Shown here one piece after another: positions 34,569 to 43,679 of a stretch of DNA of 64,000 bases (the first letter of the stretch is position 1; every line of letters starts with the position of its first letter). Made by a program: the position numbers and the translations under genes. The notes under the pieces were generated by a model. That model saw only the letters and a list, made by a program, of their open reading frames with translations, did no database searches and had not been told where the DNA came from. Origin of the DNA: an uncultured Alphaproteobacteria bacterium (GTDB lineage: Bacteria; Pseudomonadota; Alphaproteobacteria; HIMB59; GCA-002718135); contig CACIIL010000003.1 in NCBI GenBank assembly GCA_902586695.1, positions 1,639 through 65,638 on the forward strand. The letters run 5' to 3'.

Positions 34569-35810
34569 ATGATACATATGAATAATGCTGATCTAAAAAA
34601 TTTAATTCATAAGCAAAAACTTAATTTTTCTCTCGATCAGGAATTTTATGTAAATCAAGATATCTTTGATTTAGATATTAAAAATATTTTTTCTAAACAA
34701 TGGGTTTTTGTAGGACATATTTCAAGAATACCAAACCATGGTGATTATTTTCTTTTTAATATTGGCAAAGAATCAATAATTATTGTTCGTGATAATGATA
34801 ATTCAGTACATGCTCACTACAATGTATGTCGTCATCGTGGTTCTAAAATCTGCTTAGATAATGAAGGTAATTCAAAAACTCTAATTTGCCCTTATCATGC
34901 TTGGACATACAATTTAGATGGATCTTTAAAGGGGGCCAGACTAATGGATAAAGATTTTAACAAAAATGATTGGAATTTGCATAAATGCAATTCAAAAATA
35001 TTTGAGGGTTTAATATTCATTAATTTATCTGAAAAGCCAAATGATTTTGAAGAATTTATTTCTCCTACAAAAAAATTTATAGAATTTCATGATTTATCTA
35101 ATGCAAAGATAGCACATAGACAATATTATCCTACAAATGGAAATTGGAAACTTACACTCGATAATTTCCATGAATGTTATCATTGTCATCCATCACACCC
35201 AGAATACTGTCAAGTTCATGACAAAGATTATATCTTAGCATATGGGGCAGGAAGCAATACAGGTCCTTCTTCTGAAAAATTTAATAAAATATTATCAGAA
35301 TGGAATAAGAGAGTAAAAAAAATGGGTCATATTACAGGAGAATATTTTGAAACAGAATTTAACGATTATTCAAGAAGTGCTGAAAGAACACCATTAAAAG
35401 AAGGAATGTTTACAGAGACAAAATCTGGAAAACCAGTTTCTATTTTAATGGGAAAATTTAAAGAATATGATTGTGGATATACATCTGTTGGAACATCACC
35501 TTTTAATAGCCTTCTGATGTGTAATGATTTTGCTACCTTATTTACATTTATACCAGTTTCACCTTTATTAACTCAAGTTGAATTAATGTGGTTGGTTCAC
35601 AAAGATGCTGAAGAAGACAAAGATTACAATATTGAAGAAATGAAGTGGATGTGGGATGTTACTACTATTGCTGATAAAAGAATAATAGAAGATAATCAAA
35701 AAGGAGTGCTTTCTGATAAATATATACCAGGACCTCTATCTCAAATGGAAAAAGGATTAGTAAAATTTAAATCATGGTATTTGAAGCATCTGGAAAATAG
35801 TATAAGCTAA
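34569..35810 (+). CDS. Rieske [2Fe-2S] non-haem-iron oxygenase alpha subunit, GbcA (glycine betaine monooxygenase)-like
   Basis: Rieske motif CRHRGSKIC...CPYHAWTY. The catalytic-domain segments NWKLTLDNFHECYHCHPSHPE and WLVHKDAEEDKDYN...DNQKGVLSDKYIPGP parallel P. aeruginosa GbcA as I recall it. An alternative start is Met4 at 34578. Confidence 0.75.
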   Translation: MIHMNNADLKNLIHKQKLNFSLDQEFYVNQDIFDLDIKNIFSKQWVFVGHISRIPNHGDYFLFNIGKESIIIVRDNDNSVHAHYNVCRHRGSKICLDNEGNSKTLICPYHAWTYNLDGSLKGARLMDKDFNKNDWNLHKCNSKIFEGLIFINLSEKPNDFEEFISPTKKFIEFHDLSNAKIAHRQYYPTNGNWKLTLDNFHECYHCHPSHPEYCQVHDKDYILAYGAGSNTGPSSEKFNKILSEWNKRVKKMGHITGEYFETEFNDYSRSAERTPLKEGMFTETKSGKPVSILMGKFKEYDCGYTSVGTSPFNSLLMCNDFATLFTFIPVSPLLTQVELMWLVHKDAEEDKDYNIEEMKWMWDVTTIADKRIIEDNQKGVLSDKYIPGPLSQMEKGLVKFKSWYLKHLENSIS

Positions 35811-37171
35811 ACATTAAGTAGTAGATATTCTCTCTCCCAAGAACTTATAACCTTTAAATATGCTTGATTTTCAACTCTTCTTATTGCCGCAATTGTTCTA
35901 ATAAATTTTTGATTAAACACTTCATTAATTTGTTCATTATTTTCAAAAATTGAAATTGCTTCTTCAACATTTTTAGGTAGCGTACTTTTATCTTTACCAA
36001 ATACACTTTTTTTTGTTTCAGCAGTTGGTTTTAGTTTATTTTTAATACCCAAATAGCCAGCAGCTAAATTAGCTGCAAACACGAGATAGGGATTAGTATC
36101 CGCTCCAGATATTCTGTTTTCAATCCTCATACTATGTTCTTCATTTGATGGAATTCTAAAACCACAGGATCTATTTCCTAAACCCCAATTAGTATTTTTA
36201 GGAGCATCCCAAGTAGCATATAATCTTCTATATGAATTAATATTAGGCGCATGTATAGGCATAAGTATCGGTGTATAAGTCTGAAGTCCGCCTATATAAT
36301 TTTTCATTAAATTAGATATTGTATTTGTTTTACTGAAGAAAACATTCTTTTTATTTTTTTTCCTAACTAAGGATTGATGTAAATGTAAAGAACTACCAGG
36401 TTGATTTTCCATAGGCTTAGCCATAAATGTTGCATATAGTTTATGTTTTATAGCTGCTTGTCTTAAAGTTCTTTTAAATAAAAAAACTTGATCGGCTAAC
36501 TCTAATGGATCACCATGTTGAAAATTAATTTCCATTTGAGCTGAGCCACTTTCATGATTTATAGTATCTATTTCGATATCTTGTTGTTCACAAAAATTAT
36601 AAACATCTTCAAATAAATTATCAAATTCATTAACTGCATCAATTCCAAACGCTTGCTTGCCTGTTTCTTCCCTACCAGATTGTCCGACAGGAACCTCAAG
36701 AGGATAATCGGAGTCAGGATTAGGCTTAACCAAATAAAACTCAACTTCTGGTGATACAATAGGTTCATAACCTAAATCATCAAACAGTTTTAAAATTTTC
36801 TTAAGAACAGATCTGCTTGAATTAATAACGTTTGTTCCATTTAGGTTAATAGCATCACAAATTACTTGAGCAGTAGGATCTTCGTACCAAGGTACATTTC
36901 TAATAGTATTAAAATCAGGTCTTAAAATTACATCAATATCTGTTGGATTATAAACATCCATAGGAAGTTCTTCATCTTCTGTAGCATAACCTCCTGATAT
37001 TGTTTGGATAAAAACAGATTGTGGGAGTCTATGACTGTCGTTATCTAAACCTTTAATAAATTTTTTAGTAGGTAAAATTTTGCCCCTAGCTATTCCACCT
37101 AAATCTGGAACTAGACACTCAACTTCAGTAATAGAGTTATCTTTTAGCCATTTTTTAAATTTTTCTTTCAT
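35807..37171 (-). CDS. Glutamine-synthetase-family protein, gamma-glutamyl-amine ligase type (second copy)
   Basis: 454 aa with GSAQMEINFQHG, GSSLHLHQSL, NSYRRL and NRSCGFRIP. Confidence 0.75.
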   Translation of the reverse strand: MKEKFKKWLKDNSITEVECLVPDLGGIARGKILPTKKFIKGLDNDSHRLPQSVFIQTISGGYATEDEELPMDVYNPTDIDVILRPDFNTIRNVPWYEDPTAQVICDAINLNGTNVINSSRSVLKKILKLFDDLGYEPIVSPEVEFYLVKPNPDSDYPLEVPVGQSGREETGKQAFGIDAVNEFDNLFEDVYNFCEQQDIEIDTINHESGSAQMEINFQHGDPLELADQVFLFKRTLRQAAIKHKLYATFMAKPMENQPGSSLHLHQSLVRKKNKKNVFFSKTNTISNLMKNYIGGLQTYTPILMPIHAPNINSYRRLYATWDAPKNTNWGLGNRSCGFRIPSNEEHSMRIENRISGADTNPYLVFAANLAAGYLGIKNKLKPTAETKKSVFGKDKSTLPKNVEEAISIFENNEQINEVFNQKFIRTIAAIRRVENQAYLKVISSWEREYLLLNV

Positions 37172-37237
37172 ATGGATTAATAATTGGACTTATTCTTGTT
37201 TAGAGAAATAAATTAGATAAAGACATATATATTCTTT

Positions 37238-38554
37238 ATGTTTAACAAAAATAAAACCTATGAACAACATGATAATGAAAAAATAAGTTTTTATAGGAGT
37301 TCTGTATTAGATTTAAACTCAAAAGAACATTTAACTTCGGATATTGATATAGATGTTTGTGTCATTGGTGGAGGTTTAACTGGAATATCAACTGCATTAA
37401 ATCTAAGCAAAAAAGGATACTCAATTGTTTTATGCGAAGCTAGAAAAATAGGTTGGGGTGCGTCTGGAAGAAATGGTGGTCAACTAGGCATTGGGATGAG
37501 AAAAGACCAGTATACTATTGAGAAAAAGTTTGGGTTAACTCATGCAAAAGAGCTATGGAACATGGGATTAGAGTCTGTTGAAGAAGTAAAAACCTTAATC
37601 AATAAAAATAGAATTGATTGCCATCTTGTAAATGGAGTGATGTCTGCAGCATGTTTTAAAAAAGATTTAGAAGATTATCAATTTGAAATAGATCATATGT
37701 CAAAAAATTATCAATTTGAAGGATATAAATTTTTTAATAAAAGTGAAATCATGGATGAAATAAGTTCAGATATTTACTTATCTGGTATGTTAAATACAGG
37801 AAGTTATCACTTGAATCCTCTAAAATTAACAATAGGTTTAGCTAAATTAATACAAAAAAATAATGTAAGTATATTTGAAAATACTCCTGTTTTAAAAATT
37901 GTAGAAAAAAATGACAAGATTAATGTTTATACAAAAGATGCTTTAATAAAAGCAAGTAAAGTCGTAGTTGCCTGTAATGGTTACTTAGATAATCTTTTAG
38001 GAAGTAATAAAAATAAATTTATTCCAATAAATAACTATATTATTGCCACAGAACCTTTAGGAGAAAAAAAAGCAAAAGAGATAATTAGAAACAATTATGC
38101 GGTTTGTGATACTCGTTTCATAATAGATTATTATAGATTTTCAGAAGATTGGAGAATGATATTTGGAGGAGGTGAAACCTTAACTTCAAAGTTTGTTAAA
38201 AATTCTAATAATTTTGTAAAAAAACGAATGTTTAAAGTTTTTCCACAACTTAAAAAATATAAAATAGATTATTCATGGGGTGGCACTTTAGCAATAACTG
38301 TAAATAGACTTCCTTATTTTGGTACATCGATGAATGATAAATTATTATATGCTTTTGGATATTCTGGACATGGATTAGCTTTAAGTATTTTAGCTGGTAA
38401 GTTAATTGCAGAAAAAATAAATGGTGAGAGTGATAGATTTAAATTTTTTAGTGACATTAATCATTTATCTATTCCCTTTAGAGGTTTATTAAGAAGACCT
38501 ATCTATTCTAGTGCAATCTTATATTATAAGTTTAGAGATTTCTTGAATAGTTAA
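37238..38554 (+). CDS. FAD-dependent oxidoreductase (DAO family, gamma-glutamylputrescine oxidase PuuB-like), intact copy
   Basis: 438 aa with VCVIGGGLTGISTAL and GWGASGRNGG. It is divergent from the second GS-like gene. Confidence 0.75.
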   Translation: MFNKNKTYEQHDNEKISFYRSSVLDLNSKEHLTSDIDIDVCVIGGGLTGISTALNLSKKGYSIVLCEARKIGWGASGRNGGQLGIGMRKDQYTIEKKFGLTHAKELWNMGLESVEEVKTLINKNRIDCHLVNGVMSAACFKKDLEDYQFEIDHMSKNYQFEGYKFFNKSEIMDEISSDIYLSGMLNTGSYHLNPLKLTIGLAKLIQKNNVSIFENTPVLKIVEKNDKINVYTKDALIKASKVVVACNGYLDNLLGSNKNKFIPINNYIIATEPLGEKKAKEIIRNNYAVCDTRFIIDYYRFSEDWRMIFGGGETLTSKFVKNSNNFVKKRMFKVFPQLKKYKIDYSWGGTLAITVNRLPYFGTSMNDKLLYAFGYSGHGLALSILAGKLIAEKINGESDRFKFFSDINHLSIPFRGLLRRPIYSSAILYYKFRDFLNS

Positions 38555-38555
38555 A

Positions 38556-39497
38556 TTAATTATTGAATAATTTTTTATCTTTATATGTTGCTCTTTTTAG
38601 ACGATCATTAATTGTTTTACCCAGTCCAACTTCAGGAATGGGCGCAACAGCAATAGAAGCACAATCTGTTTTGTCTAAAATATTAAGATAATGATAAAAA
38701 TTGTGACTTGCCTCAATCAAATCTTCATCTTTGCTAAGATTCATATTTTTAATATTTGAATTTAGTTTATTTTTTCCATAATTTAATAAAGTTTCATTCT
38801 CTTTAACATAATCAACATTGATTCTTATTGGCTTAACAGGTGAGTAGTGTTTTTTTTGATTTCCTGGAGATATTTTAGAACCGTTTATATTAATAATATA
38901 GTGAGAAAATTTATTTTTTATTTCTTCTATTGTTAGGCTACCTAATCTTAAAATTTTACACCCGTCGCTAGTAGTTTGTATTACTGTGGACTCTAAACCT
39001 AATACTGATGCACCACCATCAATATAAAATATTTTTTTTAGATTATCATCTAAATCTTTTATAGAAGTAGTAGACGTTCTTGTTGCTATATTTGCACTAG
39101 GAGCTGCTAAAGGAAAATCTAAAATTGATAAAAGATTTAAAGCTATTTTATTATTAGGAATTCTACAACCTACAAGTTTTTGATTGTTTGAAACTAAATG
39201 TGAGATTTGAGAACTTTGCTTTTTCTCTAAAATTAAAGTTAAAGGTCCAGGCCAAAAAACACTTGCTAACTCATAGTCTTTTTCTTTTAGTATAAAATCT
39301 TTTTCTATTTGATTTAAATTAGCAAAATGACATATTAGGGGATTGCTTATTGGTCTTTCTTTTATTTCATATATCAATTCAATTGCTTGTAAGTTATTTG
39401 CATTAGCACCAATTCCATACACAGTTTCTGTGGGAAAAATAACAAGTTGACCATTAAAAAGTCTTTTTTTTGCTTCATCTATAGTTTTTTGATGCAT
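38556..39497 (-). CDS. tsaC: L-threonylcarbamoyladenylate synthase, Sua5 type (YrdC domain plus Sua5 C-terminal domain)
   Basis: 313 aa with VIFPTETVYGIGANA, GPLTLIL and APSAN. Confidence 0.85.
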   Translation of the reverse strand: MHQKTIDEAKKRLFNGQLVIFPTETVYGIGANANNLQAIELIYEIKERPISNPLICHFANLNQIEKDFILKEKDYELASVFWPGPLTLILEKKQSSQISHLVSNNQKLVGCRIPNNKIALNLLSILDFPLAAPSANIATRTSTTSIKDLDDNLKKIFYIDGGASVLGLESTVIQTTSDGCKILRLGSLTIEEIKNKFSHYIININGSKISPGNQKKHYSPVKPIRINVDYVKENETLLNYGKNKLNSNIKNMNLSKDEDLIEASHNFYHYLNILDKTDCASIAVAPIPEVGLGKTINDRLKRATYKDKKLFNN

Positions 39498-39558
39498 ATT
39501 TGTCTAAAATTTGTTTCATATAGTATTAAAATTGTTATTATCGCATTAATATTCTATC

Positions 39559-40191
39559 ATGGGAAAAGTCATAGCATTTTCTAATCAAAAAGGGGGGTCG
39601 GGAAAATCAACCCTCTCTGCTAATATTGCAGTTTTATGGAGTAATAGTGGATATAAAGTTGCAGTAATTGACGCAGATGCTCAAAAAAGCTTAACCTATT
39701 GGCTATCAGAAAGAACAAAATATTATGGTGCTGATGACATTGGTATAGATTCATATAATTTTGACATAAGAAGTATTGCAGAAGAAATTAAAAAAATTAA
39801 AAGAAAATATGATTTTATAATTATAGATAGCCCTCCCTCTATTACATTTGAGACTATTCAAATTATAAAAGTATCTAATGGTATATTTGTACCCGTTCAA
39901 CCAAGTCCATTGGATCTTATGGCCACTTTACCTTTTCTGCAAATAGCAAGAGATGAAAGAAAAAAACCATTGATTATTTTAAATAGAGTTATGCCAAGAG
40001 CTAGACTTACAGATGCTATGATATTAAGATTGAGATATTCTGGGGCAAAAATTGCTAGATCAAGGGTTTCGAGTAAAGTTATTTTTGCTGAAACATTTGC
40101 TGTTGGAAGGGGTGTTATAGATATTAACGTTACCTCTGACGCTTCGAAAGAGATTATTAATGTTGGAAATGAGATTTTAAGAAATCTCTAG
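39559..40191 (+). CDS. ParA/MinD-superfamily ATPase, orphan (no parB nearby)
   Basis: 210 aa with the deviant Walker A NQKGGSGKST and Walker B FIIIDSPP. Confidence 0.75.
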   Translation: MGKVIAFSNQKGGSGKSTLSANIAVLWSNSGYKVAVIDADAQKSLTYWLSERTKYYGADDIGIDSYNFDIRSIAEEIKKIKRKYDFIIIDSPPSITFETIQIIKVSNGIFVPVQPSPLDLMATLPFLQIARDERKKPLIILNRVMPRARLTDAMILRLRYSGAKIARSRVSSKVIFAETFAVGRGVIDINVTSDASKEIINVGNEILRNL

Positions 40192-40195
40192 AATA

Positions 40196-41474
40196 ATGAA
40201 TAATACAACGTCAGTTATTCTTGCAGCAGGTAAAAGTACAAGATTTATTTCAAAAAAATCAAAACTTGTACATGAATTAGCAGGACTTCCTGTTATTTCT
40301 CATGTTTACAATACTGCTAAAAAAATTTCTGGTAAAAATATCATTGTTGTATGCAATAGTCAAAATTACTATGAAATAAAGACTCTAATTAAAGGTTGTA
40401 AGTTTGTAATACAAAAAAACCAAAAAGGCACAGCAGATGCAATTGAAAAAGCAAGAAACTATATTAAAACTGAAAATTTTATTGTTTTATTTGGTGATGT
40501 ACCTTTAGTAAATAGTAATTCATTAAAAAAATTATCAAGAAATTTTAAAAATAATAAAATTGCAAGTATGATTTTATTTAATTCATCAAATCCTAAAGGT
40601 TATGGAAGAGTAATACTTAATAATAAAAAAGTGGAAAAAGTAGTTGAAGAAATAAATACTAGTAATTCTGAAAAGTTAATAAAGTTATGTAACTCAGGTA
40701 TTATGATGGTTAATAAAACTATTTTTTTTAAAAATATAAAGTTTATTAAATATCATAAAGAGAAAAAAGAGAGATTTTTACCCGACATTTTTAATATTTA
40801 TTTTACAAAGAATATTCCATTTTCATTTGTGGTATCTTCTGAGGATGAAATGAGTGGAATCAATAATTTATTTGATTATAACAAAGTCGAAAATCTTTTG
40901 CAGAGAAAATTAGTAAATAAATTTTTAAATAATGGTGTTTTAATTAAAAATCCAGAAACAAGTTATTTTAGCATAGATACTAAAATAGGTAAAAATGTTA
41001 TCATTGAAGAAAATGTTAAAGTAAGAAAAAAACGTGATTATTAAATCAGGTAGTCTAATTAAAAATTTTTCTGACCTAGAAGGTGTAGTTATAAAAGAAA
41101 ACTGTTCAATTGGTCCACATGCTCGAATAAGACCTGATTCAAAAATTAATCAAAATTGTAAAATTGGTAATTATGTTGAAATTAAAAATTCCAGTATTGG
41201 TAACAATACATCTATTAGTCATCTTGCATATGTTGGTGATACTAAAATTGGAAATAAAGTAAATATTGGAGCCGGATGTATTACTTGCAATTATGATGGT
41301 GTAAAAAAAAATAAGACAATTATTGGTAATAAAGCTTTTATTGGATCTAACACCTCTTTAATAGCTCCCGTAAAAATTGGAAATAATGTAAAAATTGCTG
41401 CTGGGAGTGTTATAAATAAGGATATTCCTAGTAATAAACTAGCAATTAGACGCCCTAATCTTAAAATTTACTAA
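40196..41474 (+). CDS. glmU: Bifunctional UDP-N-acetylglucosamine pyrophosphorylase / glucosamine-1-phosphate N-acetyltransferase, split by a frameshift in an A7 run
   Basis: The fragment 40196..41044 holds the nucleotidyltransferase domain (ILAAGKSTRF) and the start of the left-handed beta-helix. The fragment 41034..41474 (GTG start) holds the rest (IGAGCITCNYDG). The frames meet at A7, 41026..41032. Deleting one A gives ...NVKVRKNVIIKSGS..., which is colinear with E. coli GlmU. Confidence 0.8.
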
Positions 41475-41542
41475 ATTCTTAACTCTACAAGTTACATTAA
41501 TCTTGTTTACAGATTCTATTAAGTTTAATAGCCTAAATTAAT

Positions 41543-42916
41543 ATGAAAGAACAATGGTCACCAAATTCCTGGCGCTTAAAGCCTGCTAAACATCTTCCTA
41601 TTTATAAGGATGAGGATGTTTTAAATAATGCTTTAGATAAAATTAAAAAATTTCCTCCATTAGTTTTTGCTGGTGAAGCGAGATCTCTTAAATCAAGACT
41701 CTCCGATGTTTCAAAAGGAAAAGCTTTTCTATTGCAAGGAGGCGATTGTGCTGAAAGTTTTGCAGATTTTCATCCTGATAATATCAAAAATACTTTCAAA
41801 GTTATTCTTCAAATGGCTGTAGTATTAACTTTTGGAGCTTCATGTCCTATCGTAAAAGTAGGTAGGATAGCTGGTCAATTTGCTAAACCTAGATCATCTG
41901 ACAAAGAGACAATAAATGGAGTTGAGCTTGAGTCATACAAAGGCGATATAATAAATGGAATTAATTTTACAAAAGTTGATAGATCTCCTGATCCTGCTAG
42001 ACTGATTCAAGCATATAATCAATCTGCATCTACTTTAAATTTATTAAGAGCTTTTTCTCAAGGAGGTTATGCGAATTTAAATAAAATTCATCAATGGAAT
42101 TTAAACTTTGTTGAGGAAGAAAAAGCAAATAAATTTTCAGAAATTGCTGATAGAATTGATGAATGTTTAGCTTTTATGAAAGCTTGTGGAATTAATGATA
42201 ATAATGTTAGACAAATTAATGAAACAGAGTTTTTTACTAGTCATGAAGCTCTTTTATTAGAATATGAAGAAGCTTTGACTAGAATAGATAGTACATCAGG
42301 AAAATGGTACGATGTTTCCGCTCATATGTTGTGGGTAGGTGATAGAACTCGCCAATTAGATGGTGCACATATAGAGTTTGTAAGAGGTATTGAAAATCCT
42401 ATAGGAATTAAGATTGGTCCAACTACAGATGAAAATGAACTTCTTAAAATCATTGATTATGTAAATCCAGATAATGAAGGTGGTAAAATTACTTTAATTT
42501 GTCGTATGGGTGCCGATAAAATAGATAATCATCTTCCTAAAATCGTTAAAAAAATAAAAAGTGAAGGAAGGGCAGTAATTTGGGCTTGTGATCCTATGCA
42601 TGGCAACACTATTAAATCCAATACTGGATATAAGACTAGACCTGTAAGTAATATTTTTTCTGAAATTCAAAAATTTTTTGCAATTCACAGATCTTTAGGA
42701 TCATACCCAGGTGGGATTCACTTGGAAATGACAGGGTCTGATGTTACAGAATGTATGGGTGGTTTGCAGCAAATCACCGATGAAGATTTAAAAAATAGAT
42801 ATCATACCTTTTGTGATCCAAGATTAAATGCATCACAATCTATTGAAATAGCATTTTTAATTTCTGAATATTTAAAAGATGATAAATTTTTATCTTTAAA
42901 GTCTTCTCAAATTTAA
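41543..42916 (+). CDS. 3-deoxy-7-phosphoheptulonate (DAHP) synthase, class II
   Basis: 457 aa. The N-terminus [17 protein letters not shown], together with [11 protein letters not shown] and [13 protein letters not shown], is typical of class II (plant-like) DAHP synthases. Confidence 0.88.
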   Translation: MKEQWSPNSWRLKPAKHLPIYKDEDVLNNALDKIKKFPPLVFAGEARSLKSRLSDVSKGKAFLLQGGDCAESFADFHPDNIKNTFKVILQMAVVLTFGASCPIVKVGRIAGQFAKPRSSDKETINGVELESYKGDIINGINFTKVDRSPDPARLIQAYNQSASTLNLLRAFSQGGYANLNKIHQWNLNFVEEEKANKFSEIADRIDECLAFMKACGINDNNVRQINETEFFTSHEALLLEYEEALTRIDSTSGKWYDVSAHMLWVGDRTRQLDGAHIEFVRGIENPIGIKIGPTTDENELLKIIDYVNPDNEGGKITLICRMGADKIDNHLPKIVKKIKSEGRAVIWACDPMHGNTIKSNTGYKTRPVSNIFSEIQKFFAIHRSLGSYPGGIHLEMTGSDVTECMGGLQQITDEDLKNRYHTFCDPRLNASQSIEIAFLISEYLKDDKFLSLKSSQI

Positions 42917-42937
42917 TTTTAAATATAAATTAATATT

Positions 42938-43678
42938 ATGAATTCAGACAAAAAAATTGAGTATATAACTAATTGGATAAAACAATACGCAAATTCACTA
43001 ATATTTCAGCCTCCTAGTCTTGTTATAGGAGTCTCTGGAGGGATAGATTCAGCAGTTACCAGTACTCTTTGTGCCAAAACAGGTTTTAAAACTATTGCTA
43101 TTTCAATGCCTATAAAACAAAACTCTTCTCAACATGATTTAAGCATAAAACATCTAGATTGGCTAAAAAATAATTTTGATAATGTTCAAACTCTAACCAT
43201 TGATCTTGATAAAGTTTTTGACTCTTTTTCATCTTTAATGAAAGGTTTTAATAATACTTTAGCATTTGCAAATTCAAGATCAAGATTAAGAATGATCACC
43301 CTTTATCAAGTTGCACAAGCTAAAAAAGGCATAGTAGTTGGAACAGGGAATAAAGTAGAAGATTTTGGTGTAGGATTTTATACTAAATATGGTGATGGAG
43401 GTGTAGATATCTCTCCAATCGCTGATTGCACTAAATCAGATGTATGGAATATGGGAAAATTACTTGGGGTAATTAATGAAATAATTGAAGCTGCTCCAAC
43501 AGATGGACTTTGGGATGATAGTCGAAATGATGAAAGTCAATTAGGTCTAACTTATCAACAAATAGAAGAAGCTATGGAAAACCCATCTAGTAAATTTTAT
43601 AATCGTTATTTAAAAATAAGAGAACCTAATATACACAAAATGAAACCAATACCCGTATGTATTTTACCAAAAAAATAA
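42938..43678 (+). CDS. nadE: Ammonia-dependent NAD+ synthetase
   Basis: 246 aa with the PP-loop GVSGGIDSAV, plus GTGNKVEDFGVGFYTKYGDG. Confidence 0.85.
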   Translation: MNSDKKIEYITNWIKQYANSLIFQPPSLVIGVSGGIDSAVTSTLCAKTGFKTIAISMPIKQNSSQHDLSIKHLDWLKNNFDNVQTLTIDLDKVFDSFSSLMKGFNNTLAFANSRSRLRMITLYQVAQAKKGIVVGTGNKVEDFGVGFYTKYGDGGVDISPIADCTKSDVWNMGKLLGVINEIIEAAPTDGLWDDSRNDESQLGLTYQQIEEAMENPSSKFYNRYLKIREPNIHKMKPIPVCILPKK

Positions 43679-43679
43679 A

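Noticed and set aside
29606-37171. Whether the two GS-family genes are the housekeeping glutamine synthetase glnA.
   Set aside because: Both sit in amine-catabolic contexts, next to the amidase, the PuuB-like oxidases and aguAB. Their N-terminal domains look like the PuuA/GmaS type rather than GlnA. There is no glnB or ntr context. They are called gamma-glutamyl-amine ligase-like, but this needs a phylogeny.
34016-41032. Programmed ribosomal frameshifting as the explanation for the two A7-run splits.
   Set aside because: No downstream pseudoknot or stimulatory Shine-Dalgarno element is evident. Both cases need loss of exactly one base in a homopolymer, which is the classic signature of a sequencing or assembly error or a simple indel. 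The possibility is kept only as an alternative inside the findings.
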